Source: Bellilinea caldifistulae (GTDB lineage Bacteria; Chloroflexota; Anaerolineae; Anaerolineales; Anaerolineaceae). From it: DNA of 32,000 nt. The notes under the pieces were generated by a model. That model did not search any database. It was not told the DNA's origin and saw only the letters and a program-made list of their open reading frames with translations. The position numbers were made by a program, and so were the translations under genes. This document shows positions 9,064 through 18,439 of this stretch, piece by piece (position 1 is the first letter of the stretch; every line of letters begins with the position of its first letter). The DNA lies in contig NZ_LGHJ01000018.1 of the NCBI RefSeq assembly GCF_001306055.1, forward strand, positions 30,001 to 62,000, read 5' to 3'.

Positions 9064-9138
9064 CCCCCACCCGGTTAGGGACTGAAATCTGACGAGGAAT
9101 CCATTTCCTCGGCAGGTTTCAATACCCAACCGTGGGGG
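9064..9138 (-). promoter_or_regulatory. Long imperfect hairpin in the pnp 5' leader (candidate RNase III / autoregulation site)
   Basis: On the mRNA strand, CCCCCACGGTT...AACCGGGTGGGGG closes nested helices TGAAA/TTTCA, CTG/CAG and CGAGGAA/TTCCTCG (loop AUGGA). The structure ends about 20 nt upstream of the pnp SD. Confidence 0.5.
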
Positions 9139-9180
9139 TGATTTTAAATTATTCAATTATCGCAGTTGAAGCGCATGCTT

Positions 9181-9226
9181 CAAAAAACGAGTAGATGGTA
9201 TTCCTTGCCGCCATCTACTCGTTTTT
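9181..9226 (-). terminator. Intrinsic terminator/attenuator between rpsO and pnp
   Basis: A perfect 12-bp stem pairs ACGAGTAGATGG (9187-9198) with CCATCTACTCGT (9211-9222). An A-run and a T-run flank it. On the minus strand the hairpin is followed by TTTTTTG. Confidence 0.8.
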
Positions 9227-9231
9227 GATTT

Positions 9232-9504
9232 TTAGCGGTAGCGCAAGTTCAACCGCTCAACAAGTGCCTGATACCGCGCCAGGTCTTTGCGGCGCAGGTA
9301 TGCCAGTAGTCGGCGGCGGCGCCCAACCATTTTGAGCAATCCGCGACGGGATGATTCATCATGTTTGTTACTGCGCAGATGCTCCGTCAGCTGGTTAATG
9401 CGCTTGGTTAGAATTGCCACCTGTACTTCTGGCGAACCGGTGTCGCTTTCATGGCGGTGGTATTCGCCGATAATTTCGGCTTTGGCCTCTTTTGTTAAGG
9501 TCAT
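9232..9504 (-). CDS. rpsO: 30S ribosomal protein S15
   Basis: The 90-aa translation ...[57 protein letters not shown]... is the canonical S15 sequence pattern, and the gene lies upstream of pnp. Confidence 0.95.
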   Translation of the reverse strand: MTLTKEAKAEIIGEYHRHESDTGSPEVQVAILTKRINQLTEHLRSNKHDESSRRGLLKMVGRRRRLLAYLRRKDLARYQALVERLNLRYR

Positions 9505-9596
9505 GACGTCTGCTATCTCCTTACAGAATTGAATTTTATTGAGCAGGTCTCCATTTCAGCAGCATTCACCGCCGAAAGGTCCAGTCACGAAGCAAA

Positions 9597-9605
9597 ATTA
9601 TACCA
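9597..9605 (-). promoter_or_regulatory. Candidate extended -10 promoter for rpsO (TGGTATAAT on the minus strand)
   Basis: The reverse complement of 9597-9605 reads TGGTATAAT. There is no good -35. This would give a leader of about 85 nt before the rpsO ATG (9504). Confidence 0.35.
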
Positions 9606-9778
9606 GAATTTTGTTAATTTGTGGGATCGTATTGCCTTCGGGCCAGGGGGTTTCTCAAGGACAATAAAAGGGATTCCTCTGCTGCTCACGGGGAAGCGTT
9701 GGAAGGCAGGGTGATCAAAGACCTCTCAATTTCAACAACTTTGAGAAAACCCTCGCTTCTTTCGGAGGCAGAACCCGC

Positions 9779-10594
9779 TTATCCTGGAGGAGTTGACCTT
9801 TGAAGAACAGGGCGAATCCTTTCTCGAACCTCTGCTGGAAAGGCAGGTAAACAGCGGCGGATCAAGCGGCGGAGATCTTCCGATGCTGCCGAGCCGACTA
9901 ACTGGCGGATGTAATAAACCACTTCGGCCGGCGTTCGCTCGGCTAAAGTGATCAGCACCTGACTCAATTCGTGGTTTAGGGCTTTAGGGCTGCTTTGAAA
10001 GAGAGGTGTGCAAAGATCAAACACCTGGGGCAGATTCTCAAACTCGCGGTCGCTGAGCAAGGGCAAAAGAGCCATCAAACTGAGCTTTTTAGATGGGATT
10101 GAAATACCGGATGCCCAATCTTGAATTTTAGCAAGCCAGCGTTGAATGGCATGCCGACGCAGGTTGACTGTGCCTCGCTCAAAAAGTGCTTCGAGCAATT
10201 CGCGGTCCTTTTCTGAAAATGCCCATTCTTCGATGGTTTGAAGAGTATGTTCAAATTCAGATGGTGGAAGCAGCCCTAACAGGTAGGTCGCCAGCAAGCG
10301 GGGCTCCTCTTTATCCTCTTTCCAAAGCACATTTGCTAAATTGAACGCCGGTGTTGGGTTTTCATTCACCAGAGCGTAAAGGGAAAGTTCGATTTGTCGA
10401 ACTACAACCGGCGGTACGTGATAAGCCTCTATTTGACGGCTGGATTCTGGTGCGCTGGCTGCTGCACGGTAGGTGTGATCTGAATAGGTATCCAGTAAGT
10501 TTCGCAACTGAATGACATATTCTTTGGGCTGGGTATATTTCCAGCGCAATAGCTCAATTTGTTTCTTTAAATGGGTGAGCGAGACTGCCGGCAT
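9779..10594 (-). CDS. Hypothetical all-helical repeat protein (weak resemblance to HEAT-like DNA alkylation repair AlkC/AlkD family)
   Basis: Start set at ATG 10594 (MPAVSLTHLKK...), 7 nt after the proS stop. The longer 10735 start would overlap 134 nt of proS. The segment LWKEDKEEPRLLATYLLGLL is reminiscent of the AlkD-like repeat. I have no stronger evidence for function. Confidence 0.55.
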   Translation of the reverse strand: MPAVSLTHLKKQIELLRWKYTQPKEYVIQLRNLLDTYSDHTYRAAASAPESSRQIEAYHVPPVVVRQIELSLYALVNENPTPAFNLANVLWKEDKEEPRLLATYLLGLLPPSEFEHTLQTIEEWAFSEKDRELLEALFERGTVNLRRHAIQRWLAKIQDWASGISIPSKKLSLMALLPLLSDREFENLPQVFDLCTPLFQSSPKALNHELSQVLITLAERTPAEVVYYIRQLVGSAASEDLRRLIRRCLPAFPAEVRERIRPVLQRSTPPG

Positions 10595-10601
10595 TCGTCC
10601 A

Positions 10602-12041
<1,440 letters not shown>

Positions 12042-12593
12042 TCATCCTGATTTTTTGGATTGGTTATTCGCAACAAACTGGTAGGCCTGGTCAACATCCC
12101 TTGCGAAGAGAAGTTTATCCCAATCGGCGGGGTTAGCCATTTCAGCCATTTCGTGTCGAATGGTTTCAAAAATGGTTTTCCATTCTTCCCCGACCAGAAC
12201 GAGCGGGCGGGGGGGTAAGGCCTGAATCACCAGTAGATTCCAGTAGAGGGTTGTTTCGGCCAGTGTTCCGGCGCCACCGGGTAAGGCAATGGCAGCATCA
12301 CAACCATAGATCAACCGTTGAATTCGTTCCAATAAAGTTTGCGTGCGCCATTCTTCTTTCACCCAGCGGTTTGGGCCGTTTTTTCGCCAGCGTTCGATTT
12401 GTTCACAGGTCACACCGATCACATGACCGCCGGCCTCAGCAGCGCCCCGCGATACGGCTTCCATGGTGCCCATGTACCCACCGGTCAAGACGGTGTGACC
12501 GCCTTCAGCGATCAAACGACCTAAACGTAAGGCATTTTCGTAAGCCGGCTGTCCCGGTTGGGGTTTTGAACTTCCAAATACGGTGATATTCAT
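12042..12593 (-). CDS. LOG family protein (TIGR00730-type nucleotide 5'-monophosphate nucleosidase / lysine-decarboxylase-like)
   Basis: MNITVFGSS..., then GGHTVLTGGYMGTMEAVSRGA and ALPGGAGTLAE (the PGGxGTxxE motif). I chose ATG 12593. The 12635 start would overlap the upstream gene. Confidence 0.8.
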   Translation of the reverse strand: MNITVFGSSKPQPGQPAYENALRLGRLIAEGGHTVLTGGYMGTMEAVSRGAAEAGGHVIGVTCEQIERWRKNGPNRWVKEEWRTQTLLERIQRLIYGCDAAIALPGGAGTLAETTLYWNLLVIQALPPRPLVLVGEEWKTIFETIRHEMAEMANPADWDKLLFARDVDQAYQFVANNQSKKSG

Positions 12594-12610
12594 GGCTGAA
12601 TGAATGTCTC

Positions 12611-12925
12611 TTATTTTACCTGATCCTGATCCCAATTGCGCTGGTAATTCTCTCGTAATTTCTTCAATATGGCTTGTTCGAGGTCAATCTGGCTCAGATG
12701 AGCCAGTTGAAAAAGATAAAGGGCAACATCGGCCAGTTCACCCGCCAGTTGATCGGGCTGGGTCGAGTTTTCTGACCATTGAAAATGTTCCAAAACCTCG
12801 GCGGTTTCAAGGCAGAGGGAGATGGCAATATTGCGTGGGGTTTGCGGGCGCGGGCTCTCGGCTTCGTACCAGCCTTTGCTGTGGACGAATTGATCCATCA
12901 ATTTCAGGAATTCATGCAGGTGCAT
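12611..12925 (-). CDS. MazG-like nucleotide pyrophosphohydrolase domain protein
   Basis: A 104-aa all-helical protein. LCLETAEVLEHFQW and GELADVALYLFQLAHLSQIDLEQAILKKLRENYQR match the EExxE/D-type MazG (dCTPase-like) helix pattern. Confidence 0.7.
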   Translation of the reverse strand: MHLHEFLKLMDQFVHSKGWYEAESPRPQTPRNIAISLCLETAEVLEHFQWSENSTQPDQLAGELADVALYLFQLAHLSQIDLEQAILKKLRENYQRNWDQDQVK

Positions 12926-14150
12926 TCACGATTGCCTTTGGTTTAAATTTGGTGTATAGGAGTAAAAAAACGATAAGCCAGCAGGTTGTAAAGAAGAAAG
13001 GAAAAACCACATTTGTACTGGAAAGTGCAGGTAAAGGGACAGCAAAAGTCAACCAGGAAAAGGCTGAAAGAAAAATCCATAATATCTTTAGAGTAAGCCC
13101 AACCCGACTAATAAAAGGTTTGCTCCCAATAAATAGCCCAAGAATTAACAGTAACTGATCATTCGAAAGGGTTCTTGGCATGAGGAATACTGAAAGAATT
13201 GAAAGCAGGACAAAGAACAACAAGTTAAGATAGGACAAATTGGATATCTCAATATTCTCTGGTTTATAAACAACCCTTAACCAAACAAAAAAAGTCAGAA
13301 TTGTTCCTGCCATCACAACCATAGTCCAAAAGGTCGACGGAATTTGAGTGAAAGACATGATAGAAGACAGTAAATAAGCGGGGGTAGATTGGTTGTAAAT
13401 AGCGTATTTTTGCAATTGACCTACCCAAAAACTTAACCAATCAGGTAAAAGCACCCAGCTGATAATAACAAAGACCATTATCGAGAGGCAAAATGCCAGA
13501 ATTGTGTAAAAATAGTGGCTTTTCAAACAAATCAATAATGCAAAAATCAGGAGTAACAAAGAAATTTGAGGTTTACCAATTGTCCATGCGAGCAAGAATC
13601 CGATATAGATTTGATGACGAGGCTTTGGCATCTCTTTGCTAAGTATCAAGACATAAAAGGAATATAGAAGAATCACACTGATTAGATTGCTAAAATTGCC
13701 CAATATGATTCCAAAACAGAACGGGTAGAAAGTCAGGCCAATAAAGATAAAGGATTTTTGTTCTTTATAAATTTGATACAGACAGGTAAGAAAAAGCAAT
13801 AAATTCAGACTCATCCACAACGATTGGGATATAGAGATATCCAACCATGCAAAAGGCATAACCCAAAATAACATAAAAATGGGGTATGCAAAACCTAGCT
13901 GATCCTCATCGGGATGTGCCAGCCTGCCAAGGATACCCAGTTGAGCCATTTGGGTTACTTCTTCGGAGTAGGGATTCTTGCCTTCGAGAAGATACATTCT
14001 TGCAGCTGTGTAAAACGTGTAATAATCTGCCCCGAGGATATTATTTCCACTAGCAATTCGGATACCAAACGCCAGCAAACCCCAAATCGCCAGAAATAAC
14101 AAAGAAACTTTCAGATAGTACAACCGGTTTTTACTTGTCTTTCCGTTCAT
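12912..14150 (-). CDS. Polytopic membrane protein, DUF2029 / GT87-like glycosyltransferase (GT-C fold)
   Basis: The 412-aa protein has more than 10 hydrophobic helices. Its N-proximal loop ILGADYYTFYTAARMYLLEGKNPY resembles the conserved first periplasmic loop of DUF2029/GT87 mannosyltransferase-like proteins. GC is markedly low (about 33-38% in hand-counted rows). Confidence 0.6.
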   Translation of the reverse strand: MNGKTSKNRLYYLKVSLLFLAIWGLLAFGIRIASGNNILGADYYTFYTAARMYLLEGKNPYSEEVTQMAQLGILGRLAHPDEDQLGFAYPIFMLFWVMPFAWLDISISQSLWMSLNLLLFLTCLYQIYKEQKSFIFIGLTFYPFCFGIILGNFSNLISVILLYSFYVLILSKEMPKPRHQIYIGFLLAWTIGKPQISLLLLIFALLICLKSHYFYTILAFCLSIMVFVIISWVLLPDWLSFWVGQLQKYAIYNQSTPAYLLSSIMSFTQIPSTFWTMVVMAGTILTFFVWLRVVYKPENIEISNLSYLNLLFFVLLSILSVFLMPRTLSNDQLLLILGLFIGSKPFISRVGLTLKILWIFLSAFSWLTFAVPLPALSSTNVVFPFFFTTCWLIVFLLLYTKFKPKAIVNAPA

Positions 14151-14364
14151 TTTGGATGGATATATGGATAATTTTCAACGCAATCTGAGCTGATTTCACC
14201 TGTTCTGGGTGCCAGCCGGGCTCGCTGGTCATTTTTTGTAAATGGGCAATAATGGCTTGTTTTGAGTGTTTATCCAGTTCCAGAAAGGCTTTTTCGATTT
14301 GAGCAGGGTTTCGCGAAAGCAGGTTGTCCCAGAAAAGCTCAAGTGAATCTGGATTTTGTTCCAT
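14131..14364 (-). CDS. Hypothetical small protein (77 aa)
   Basis: An ORF with helical-looking composition that overlaps the downstream membrane-protein gene by 20 nt, suggesting translational coupling. There is no clear SD and I recognise no homology. Confidence 0.4.
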   Translation of the reverse strand: MEQNPDSLELFWDNLLSRNPAQIEKAFLELDKHSKQAIIAHLQKMTSEPGWHPEQVKSAQIALKIIHISIQNERKDK

Positions 14365-14380
14365 GACTTAAGCCTATCAC

Positions 14381-14433
14381 AAAAAATAAAAAGAGGTTTG
14401 CCTGAGCCATTACCTGGGCGCAAACAAACCTCT
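14381..14433 (-). terminator. Intrinsic terminator of the EF-G paralogue gene
   Basis: A 9-bp stem pairs AGAGGTTTG (14392-14400) with CAAACCTCT (14425-14433). On the minus strand it is followed by TTTTTATTTTTTG (the complement of 14380-14392). Confidence 0.75.
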
Positions 14434-14451
14434 CGATTATCGGTGAAGGGC

Positions 14452-16527
14452 TTATTCCTCGCGTTTTTCAGCCAGTTCCTTCTGCCGTTGGGCAACAATT
14501 TCGGCTTGAATGTGCGGGGGAACCATCTCGTAGCCGGCCAGTTCCATGTTAAAGATGCCTCTTCCACCGGTTAGCGAACGCAATTGGGTGGTGTACCGCA
14601 GCATTTCAGCCAGAGGCACCGTGGCGGTGATGACCGAGCGACCCTTTTCCGTGTTCATACCCTGAACACGCGCCCGGCGGGTGTTCAGATCACCCAATAC
14701 ATCGCCCATGTTTTCTTCGGGGACGATGATCTGGACGTTCATGATTGGCTCATATAGTACCGGGCCGGCGTCTTTGAAAGCCAGCTTGAAAGCTTCGCGG
14801 CCAGCAATTTCAAAAGCTACTGGTTTCGAGTCAACCGGGTGTTCCTTACCATCGTAGACAGCCACCAGCACGCCGCGGATTGGGTAGCCCGCCAAAACAC
14901 CTTCCTTCATGACGTTCTGGATACCTTTCTGGATGGATGCGGCATAGGTTTGGGAGATGGCGCCGCCAAATACTTCCCAGGTAAAATCAAAGTCCTTGTC
15001 TGCCAAAGGCTCAACCCGCAGATGAACTTCACCGAATTGGCCGGCACCACCGGTTTGTTTCTTGTGGCGGTACATGGCGGTGGCTTTGCGGGTGATTGTT
15101 TCCTGATACGGAACTTTGGGCTCGCCGATGAGCAGGTTGACCTGGAATTTGGTTTCCGCACGGCGGATTGCTACATCAATGTGCTGATCGCCCATGCCTT
15201 GCAGGATGGTCTGCAAAGTTGCCGGTTCGTTGTACCATGAGAGGGTCATATCCTCTTCGCACAAACGGGTGAGGGTTGGGCTGATCTTGGTCGAGTCTGC
15301 CTGGGTTTTGGGGAAGATTGCCACGCGGTAAAGCGCATTGGGATATTCCGGAACGGGCAGGGTGAGCGGATGAGCTTTATCTCCCAGTGTGTTACCGGTT
15401 ACTGTTTCGGAAAGTTTTGGAACCACGCCAATATCACCGCTGTGAATCACTTTTACGGGGATGTTCTCTTTACCGCGCGGAATACTGACGGTGCCAAACC
15501 GTTCTTCAACACCTTTATTTTGATTCCAGACCCGGCTATCGGATGTAACCATGCCGGAGTACACGCGGAAGAAGGTTTGTTTACCTACGAAGGGATCGGC
15601 AGTGGTCTTCCAGACATAGGCTGCCAGTGGGCCGGAATCGGAGGCGGTTAACAGCTCTTCCTCGCCGTTTTTACCAATGGCTTTTACCGGCGCAATTTCT
15701 GCCGGAGAGGGGAAGAAGTCAACGATGGCATCCAACAGGCGGAAAATGCCGGTTTCGGTTGTGGCGGAAGTGGCGAAGACGGGCACGAAACTACCCTGCC
15801 GGATGACGGCTTTCAAACCACGAACAACCTCTTCGTTGCTCAATTCACCACTTTCGAGGTATTTTTCCAGCAACTCGTCTTCGCCTTCTGCCGCGGCTTC
15901 GACCAGTGCAAAACGGGCTTCTTCAGCGGCAGAACGGTATTCAGCGGGAATGTCCACGATGGTTTTACCATCGCCTTTGTAGGCTTTCATGGTGATCAGG
16001 TCAATGACACCCTGAAAACTGGCCTTTTCACCCCAAGGCAATTGAACGGGGATGAGTCGGGTTTCGGTCAAGTTTTGGATGGAGGCTAATGCCTTTTGGA
16101 AATTGGCATTGTCGCGATCCATTTTATTGATGACCACGAAGCGGGGTAATTGGAAGGTATTACAGTAGTTCCAGGCAATTTCAGTACCCACTTCTGCACC
16201 GGCAACCGAATCGACTACGATGATGGCCCCATCGGCAACACGCAAGGCGGAGATCACCTCGCCGATGAAATCGGTATAACCGGGTGTGTCCAGTAGATTG
16301 ATTTTGACATCCCGGTATTCGACGGGAAGTACGCTCGTGTAAAGAGAAATTCCACGGCGAATCTCTTCCTCATCGAAGTCGGAGATCGTTGTGCCATCTT
16401 CAACTCTACCGAGACGAGTGGTCGCTCCGGTCAGATGAAGCATGGCTTCTGCCAGCATGGTCTTGCCGGCGCTGCTGTGAGAGGCGAGGGCGATATTACG
16501 GATAGACTCAGTGGTATATTCCTTCAT
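14452..16527 (-). CDS. Elongation factor G paralogue (EF-G2-like translational GTPase)
   Basis: The 691-aa protein has the full five-domain EF-G layout. G motifs are SHSSAGKT (G1, deviating from AHxDxGKT), DTPGYTDF (G3) and NKMD (G4). It is not in an rpsL-rpsG-fusA-tuf context and is flanked by its own promoter and terminator. Confidence 0.85.
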   Translation of the reverse strand: MKEYTTESIRNIALASHSSAGKTMLAEAMLHLTGATTRLGRVEDGTTISDFDEEEIRRGISLYTSVLPVEYRDVKINLLDTPGYTDFIGEVISALRVADGAIIVVDSVAGAEVGTEIAWNYCNTFQLPRFVVINKMDRDNANFQKALASIQNLTETRLIPVQLPWGEKASFQGVIDLITMKAYKGDGKTIVDIPAEYRSAAEEARFALVEAAAEGEDELLEKYLESGELSNEEVVRGLKAVIRQGSFVPVFATSATTETGIFRLLDAIVDFFPSPAEIAPVKAIGKNGEEELLTASDSGPLAAYVWKTTADPFVGKQTFFRVYSGMVTSDSRVWNQNKGVEERFGTVSIPRGKENIPVKVIHSGDIGVVPKLSETVTGNTLGDKAHPLTLPVPEYPNALYRVAIFPKTQADSTKISPTLTRLCEEDMTLSWYNEPATLQTILQGMGDQHIDVAIRRAETKFQVNLLIGEPKVPYQETITRKATAMYRHKKQTGGAGQFGEVHLRVEPLADKDFDFTWEVFGGAISQTYAASIQKGIQNVMKEGVLAGYPIRGVLVAVYDGKEHPVDSKPVAFEIAGREAFKLAFKDAGPVLYEPIMNVQIIVPEENMGDVLGDLNTRRARVQGMNTEKGRSVITATVPLAEMLRYTTQLRSLTGGRGIFNMELAGYEMVPPHIQAEIVAQRQKELAEKREE

Positions 16528-16566
16528 GAAACAAACCCTTCTGGATTACATGGAATTAACTCGTTT

Positions 16567-16595
16567 ATTTTAAGGCCCAAGTGATAAATTGTCAA
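16567..16595 (-). promoter_or_regulatory. Sigma-70-type promoter of the EF-G paralogue (TTGACA-17 nt-TAAAAT)
   Basis: On the minus strand, TTGACA is the complement of 16590-16595 and TAAAAT is the complement of 16567-16572, with a 17-nt spacer. The promoter lies about 35-40 nt upstream of ATG 16527. Confidence 0.55.
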
Positions 16596-16670
16596 AGCAT
16601 GCCCCTTCGGTTTTGGCTTTTTCTTTCCCACAAACCCTGCCTATTATATCAGCAGCCACAAAATCTGGGG

Positions 16671-16698
16671 TGACGAAATTGGTGATTGAGGCTACAAT
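16671..16698 (+). promoter_or_regulatory. Candidate promoter giving a leaderless methyltransferase mRNA (TGACGA-16 nt-TACAAT)
   Basis: TGACGA lies at 16671-16676 and TACAAT at 16693-16698. The ATG at 16705 follows only 6 nt later and there is no SD. Confidence 0.4.
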
Positions 16699-16704
16699 GT
16701 TTTT

Positions 16705-17283
16705 ATGCAAGAATGGTTGAAACGATTGAAATATGAATGGCGTTACCTGTTTGGTCAACCGCCCTGGGATACGGGCATCTCGCCGCCAGAGTTGACGGAG
16801 TATCTTGCCTCTCATCCCGCTGGCCGAGCATTGGACCTGGGGTGCGGCACGGGTACCAATGTCGTTACAATGGTAAAAGCGGGTTGGCAGGTTATCGGTG
16901 TGGACTTCTCTCGGCGGGCTATTTCTCTGGCGCGGGAAAAGTTGACTCAATGTGGTTTGAACGCTGAATTGCGGGTGGAAAGCGTGACCGATTTGAACGC
17001 CATTTCACCGGGTTTTGATTTGATTCTGGACATTGGTTGTTTCCATCAATTGGAAATGAGGGAACGAGAAAGGTATCTCCACAACGTTCAAAGGCTGCTC
17101 AAGCAAGGAGGGGATCTTCTACTGTATGCCCACTATCGAAGGTCACCGGAAGAAGCTCATGGGATTGACGAAACCGATGTGGAACGATTTTTGTCGGTTT
17201 TGCGTCTCATCCGTAGAACCGAAGGCTGGGAACGAAATACTCGCGCGTCGGTATGGCTGTGGTTTCAAAAGGATCTGATGTGA
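16705..17283 (+). CDS. Class I SAM-dependent methyltransferase (TPMT/TehB-like)
   Basis: Motif I is RALDLGCGTGTN, followed by VIGVDFSRRAI and LILDIGCFH. The protein is 192 aa. Confidence 0.8.
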   Translation: MQEWLKRLKYEWRYLFGQPPWDTGISPPELTEYLASHPAGRALDLGCGTGTNVVTMVKAGWQVIGVDFSRRAISLAREKLTQCGLNAELRVESVTDLNAISPGFDLILDIGCFHQLEMRERERYLHNVQRLLKQGGDLLLYAHYRRSPEEAHGIDETDVERFLSVLRLIRRTEGWERNTRASVWLWFQKDLM

Positions 17284-17900
17284 CGAAAAAAAAGTTTATT
17301 CCAATTCTGCTGATCGGGCTTTTCTTCGCAATTTTCTTGAATTCCTGTCAATTTTTACAGATACCTCAATCGCTGGAGGAAAATTTCTCACTTGATTCGA
17401 AAAGCCGAACCAATACACCCGCTAACCCAGATACACAGAGCCTTTCCATTACGTCATCCAATTGGAGTGAAACACCTTGTGCGTATACCTGGGCGAGTCA
17501 ATCCTTACCGGAGGAAAGCCAACAGATGGATCAACTTCTCAAACAGGCGGGGTTTGAAAATGTAAGGGTTGTTGCGGAAGCGTTTGGTGAAAATTGTGTA
17601 AATGCCGAAGGACAAAATGTTCGATTTGCTGTCATGCAAACCGATGTTCGTCTGTTTGTGACAGTCGGAAGTTTATCCAACCCGGCTGAATTAGGGGAGT
17701 TGGCCGCCAGTCTTTTGAACACCATTTTTCAAATACCCGCAACTGCATTACCGGGAACACAACCGGGTTATGTGGGGATTCAGTTCACCAGCAGCCAGCA
17801 AGAAGTTTTGAACTTGTGGTTCAAACGGGATTGGGCGGAACGATTGCTGCAATCCGGTATTCGGGGTGAGGAATTGTTACGTGAACTGCAAAGAAAATGA
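17280..17900 (+). CDS. Hypothetical lipoprotein
   Basis: The GTG at 17280 overlaps the upstream stop (ATGTGA). The N-terminus TKKKFIPILLIGLFFAIFLNSC has a positive n-region, a hydrophobic core and a lipobox-like LNSC. The ATG at 17253 is an alternative start. I recognise no family. Confidence 0.6.
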   Translation: MTKKKFIPILLIGLFFAIFLNSCQFLQIPQSLEENFSLDSKSRTNTPANPDTQSLSITSSNWSETPCAYTWASQSLPEESQQMDQLLKQAGFENVRVVAEAFGENCVNAEGQNVRFAVMQTDVRLFVTVGSLSNPAELGELAASLLNTIFQIPATALPGTQPGYVGIQFTSSQQEVLNLWFKRDWAERLLQSGIRGEELLRELQRK

Positions 17901-17907
17901 GCACCGA

Positions 17908-18438
17908 TTAGCATAGTTTCTTTTCCATGCGCCATGCAGGTTCTTCGACGGTTTGACGAACGCCCTTGTCATCCACAAACGACCAGATGCCGGGTTCTGC
18001 GGCCACGATGTGGAATCCCAGGCGCAGGTAGAGGCGTAGAGCATCCAGATTATCTCTGGCGACATTCAGGGTGAGGAACTGAAACCCACGCCGAATTAAA
18101 TCCATTTCCACATGGCGAACCATGTGGCTGCCTAAACCTTGATTTCGAAAATCATGATGGACGCGAAAGGAGTACAAATAGGCGCGCTTTATCCCATCTG
18201 CAAGCTCGTGGCGGTTGCAAATCAATTGAATAAAAACCTGTGCAATAATGCCCTTCTCAGGTAATTCGGCGACCCACAGGACGGAATAACCCATCTGAGC
18301 CCGCTCAAAAGCCTCCGCATATACCCGTCGGAAGTGGCTAAACTCGCCGTCCCATTCCAGAGCGGGTAAGTCGTCCTTGCGGACATTGCGAATGATGACG
18401 GTTTCCAGCCAGTCTCGGGGTAGGATTTGAGCAGTCAT
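17908..18438 (-). CDS. GNAT family N-acetyltransferase
   Basis: The acetyl-CoA binding motif region is FRVHHDFRNQGLGSHMVRHVE (R/Q-x-x-G-x-G/A). The protein is 176 aa and its start lies 1 nt after the upstream gene's stop. Confidence 0.8.
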   Translation of the reverse strand: MTAQILPRDWLETVIIRNVRKDDLPALEWDGEFSHFRRVYAEAFERAQMGYSVLWVAELPEKGIIAQVFIQLICNRHELADGIKRAYLYSFRVHHDFRNQGLGSHMVRHVEMDLIRRGFQFLTLNVARDNLDALRLYLRLGFHIVAAEPGIWSFVDDKGVRQTVEEPAWRMEKKLC

Positions 18439-18439
18439 T

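Noticed and set aside
9505-9778. Possible small RNA, tRNA or S15-binding leader in the 274-nt spacer upstream of rpsO
   Set aside because: I found only short weak helices, for example TCTCAA/TTGAGA near 9726-9748 and CTGCT/AGCAG around the SD. There is no tRNA-like cloverleaf or T-loop sequence. An autoregulatory S15 leader is plausible, but I could not define a convincing structure by eye.
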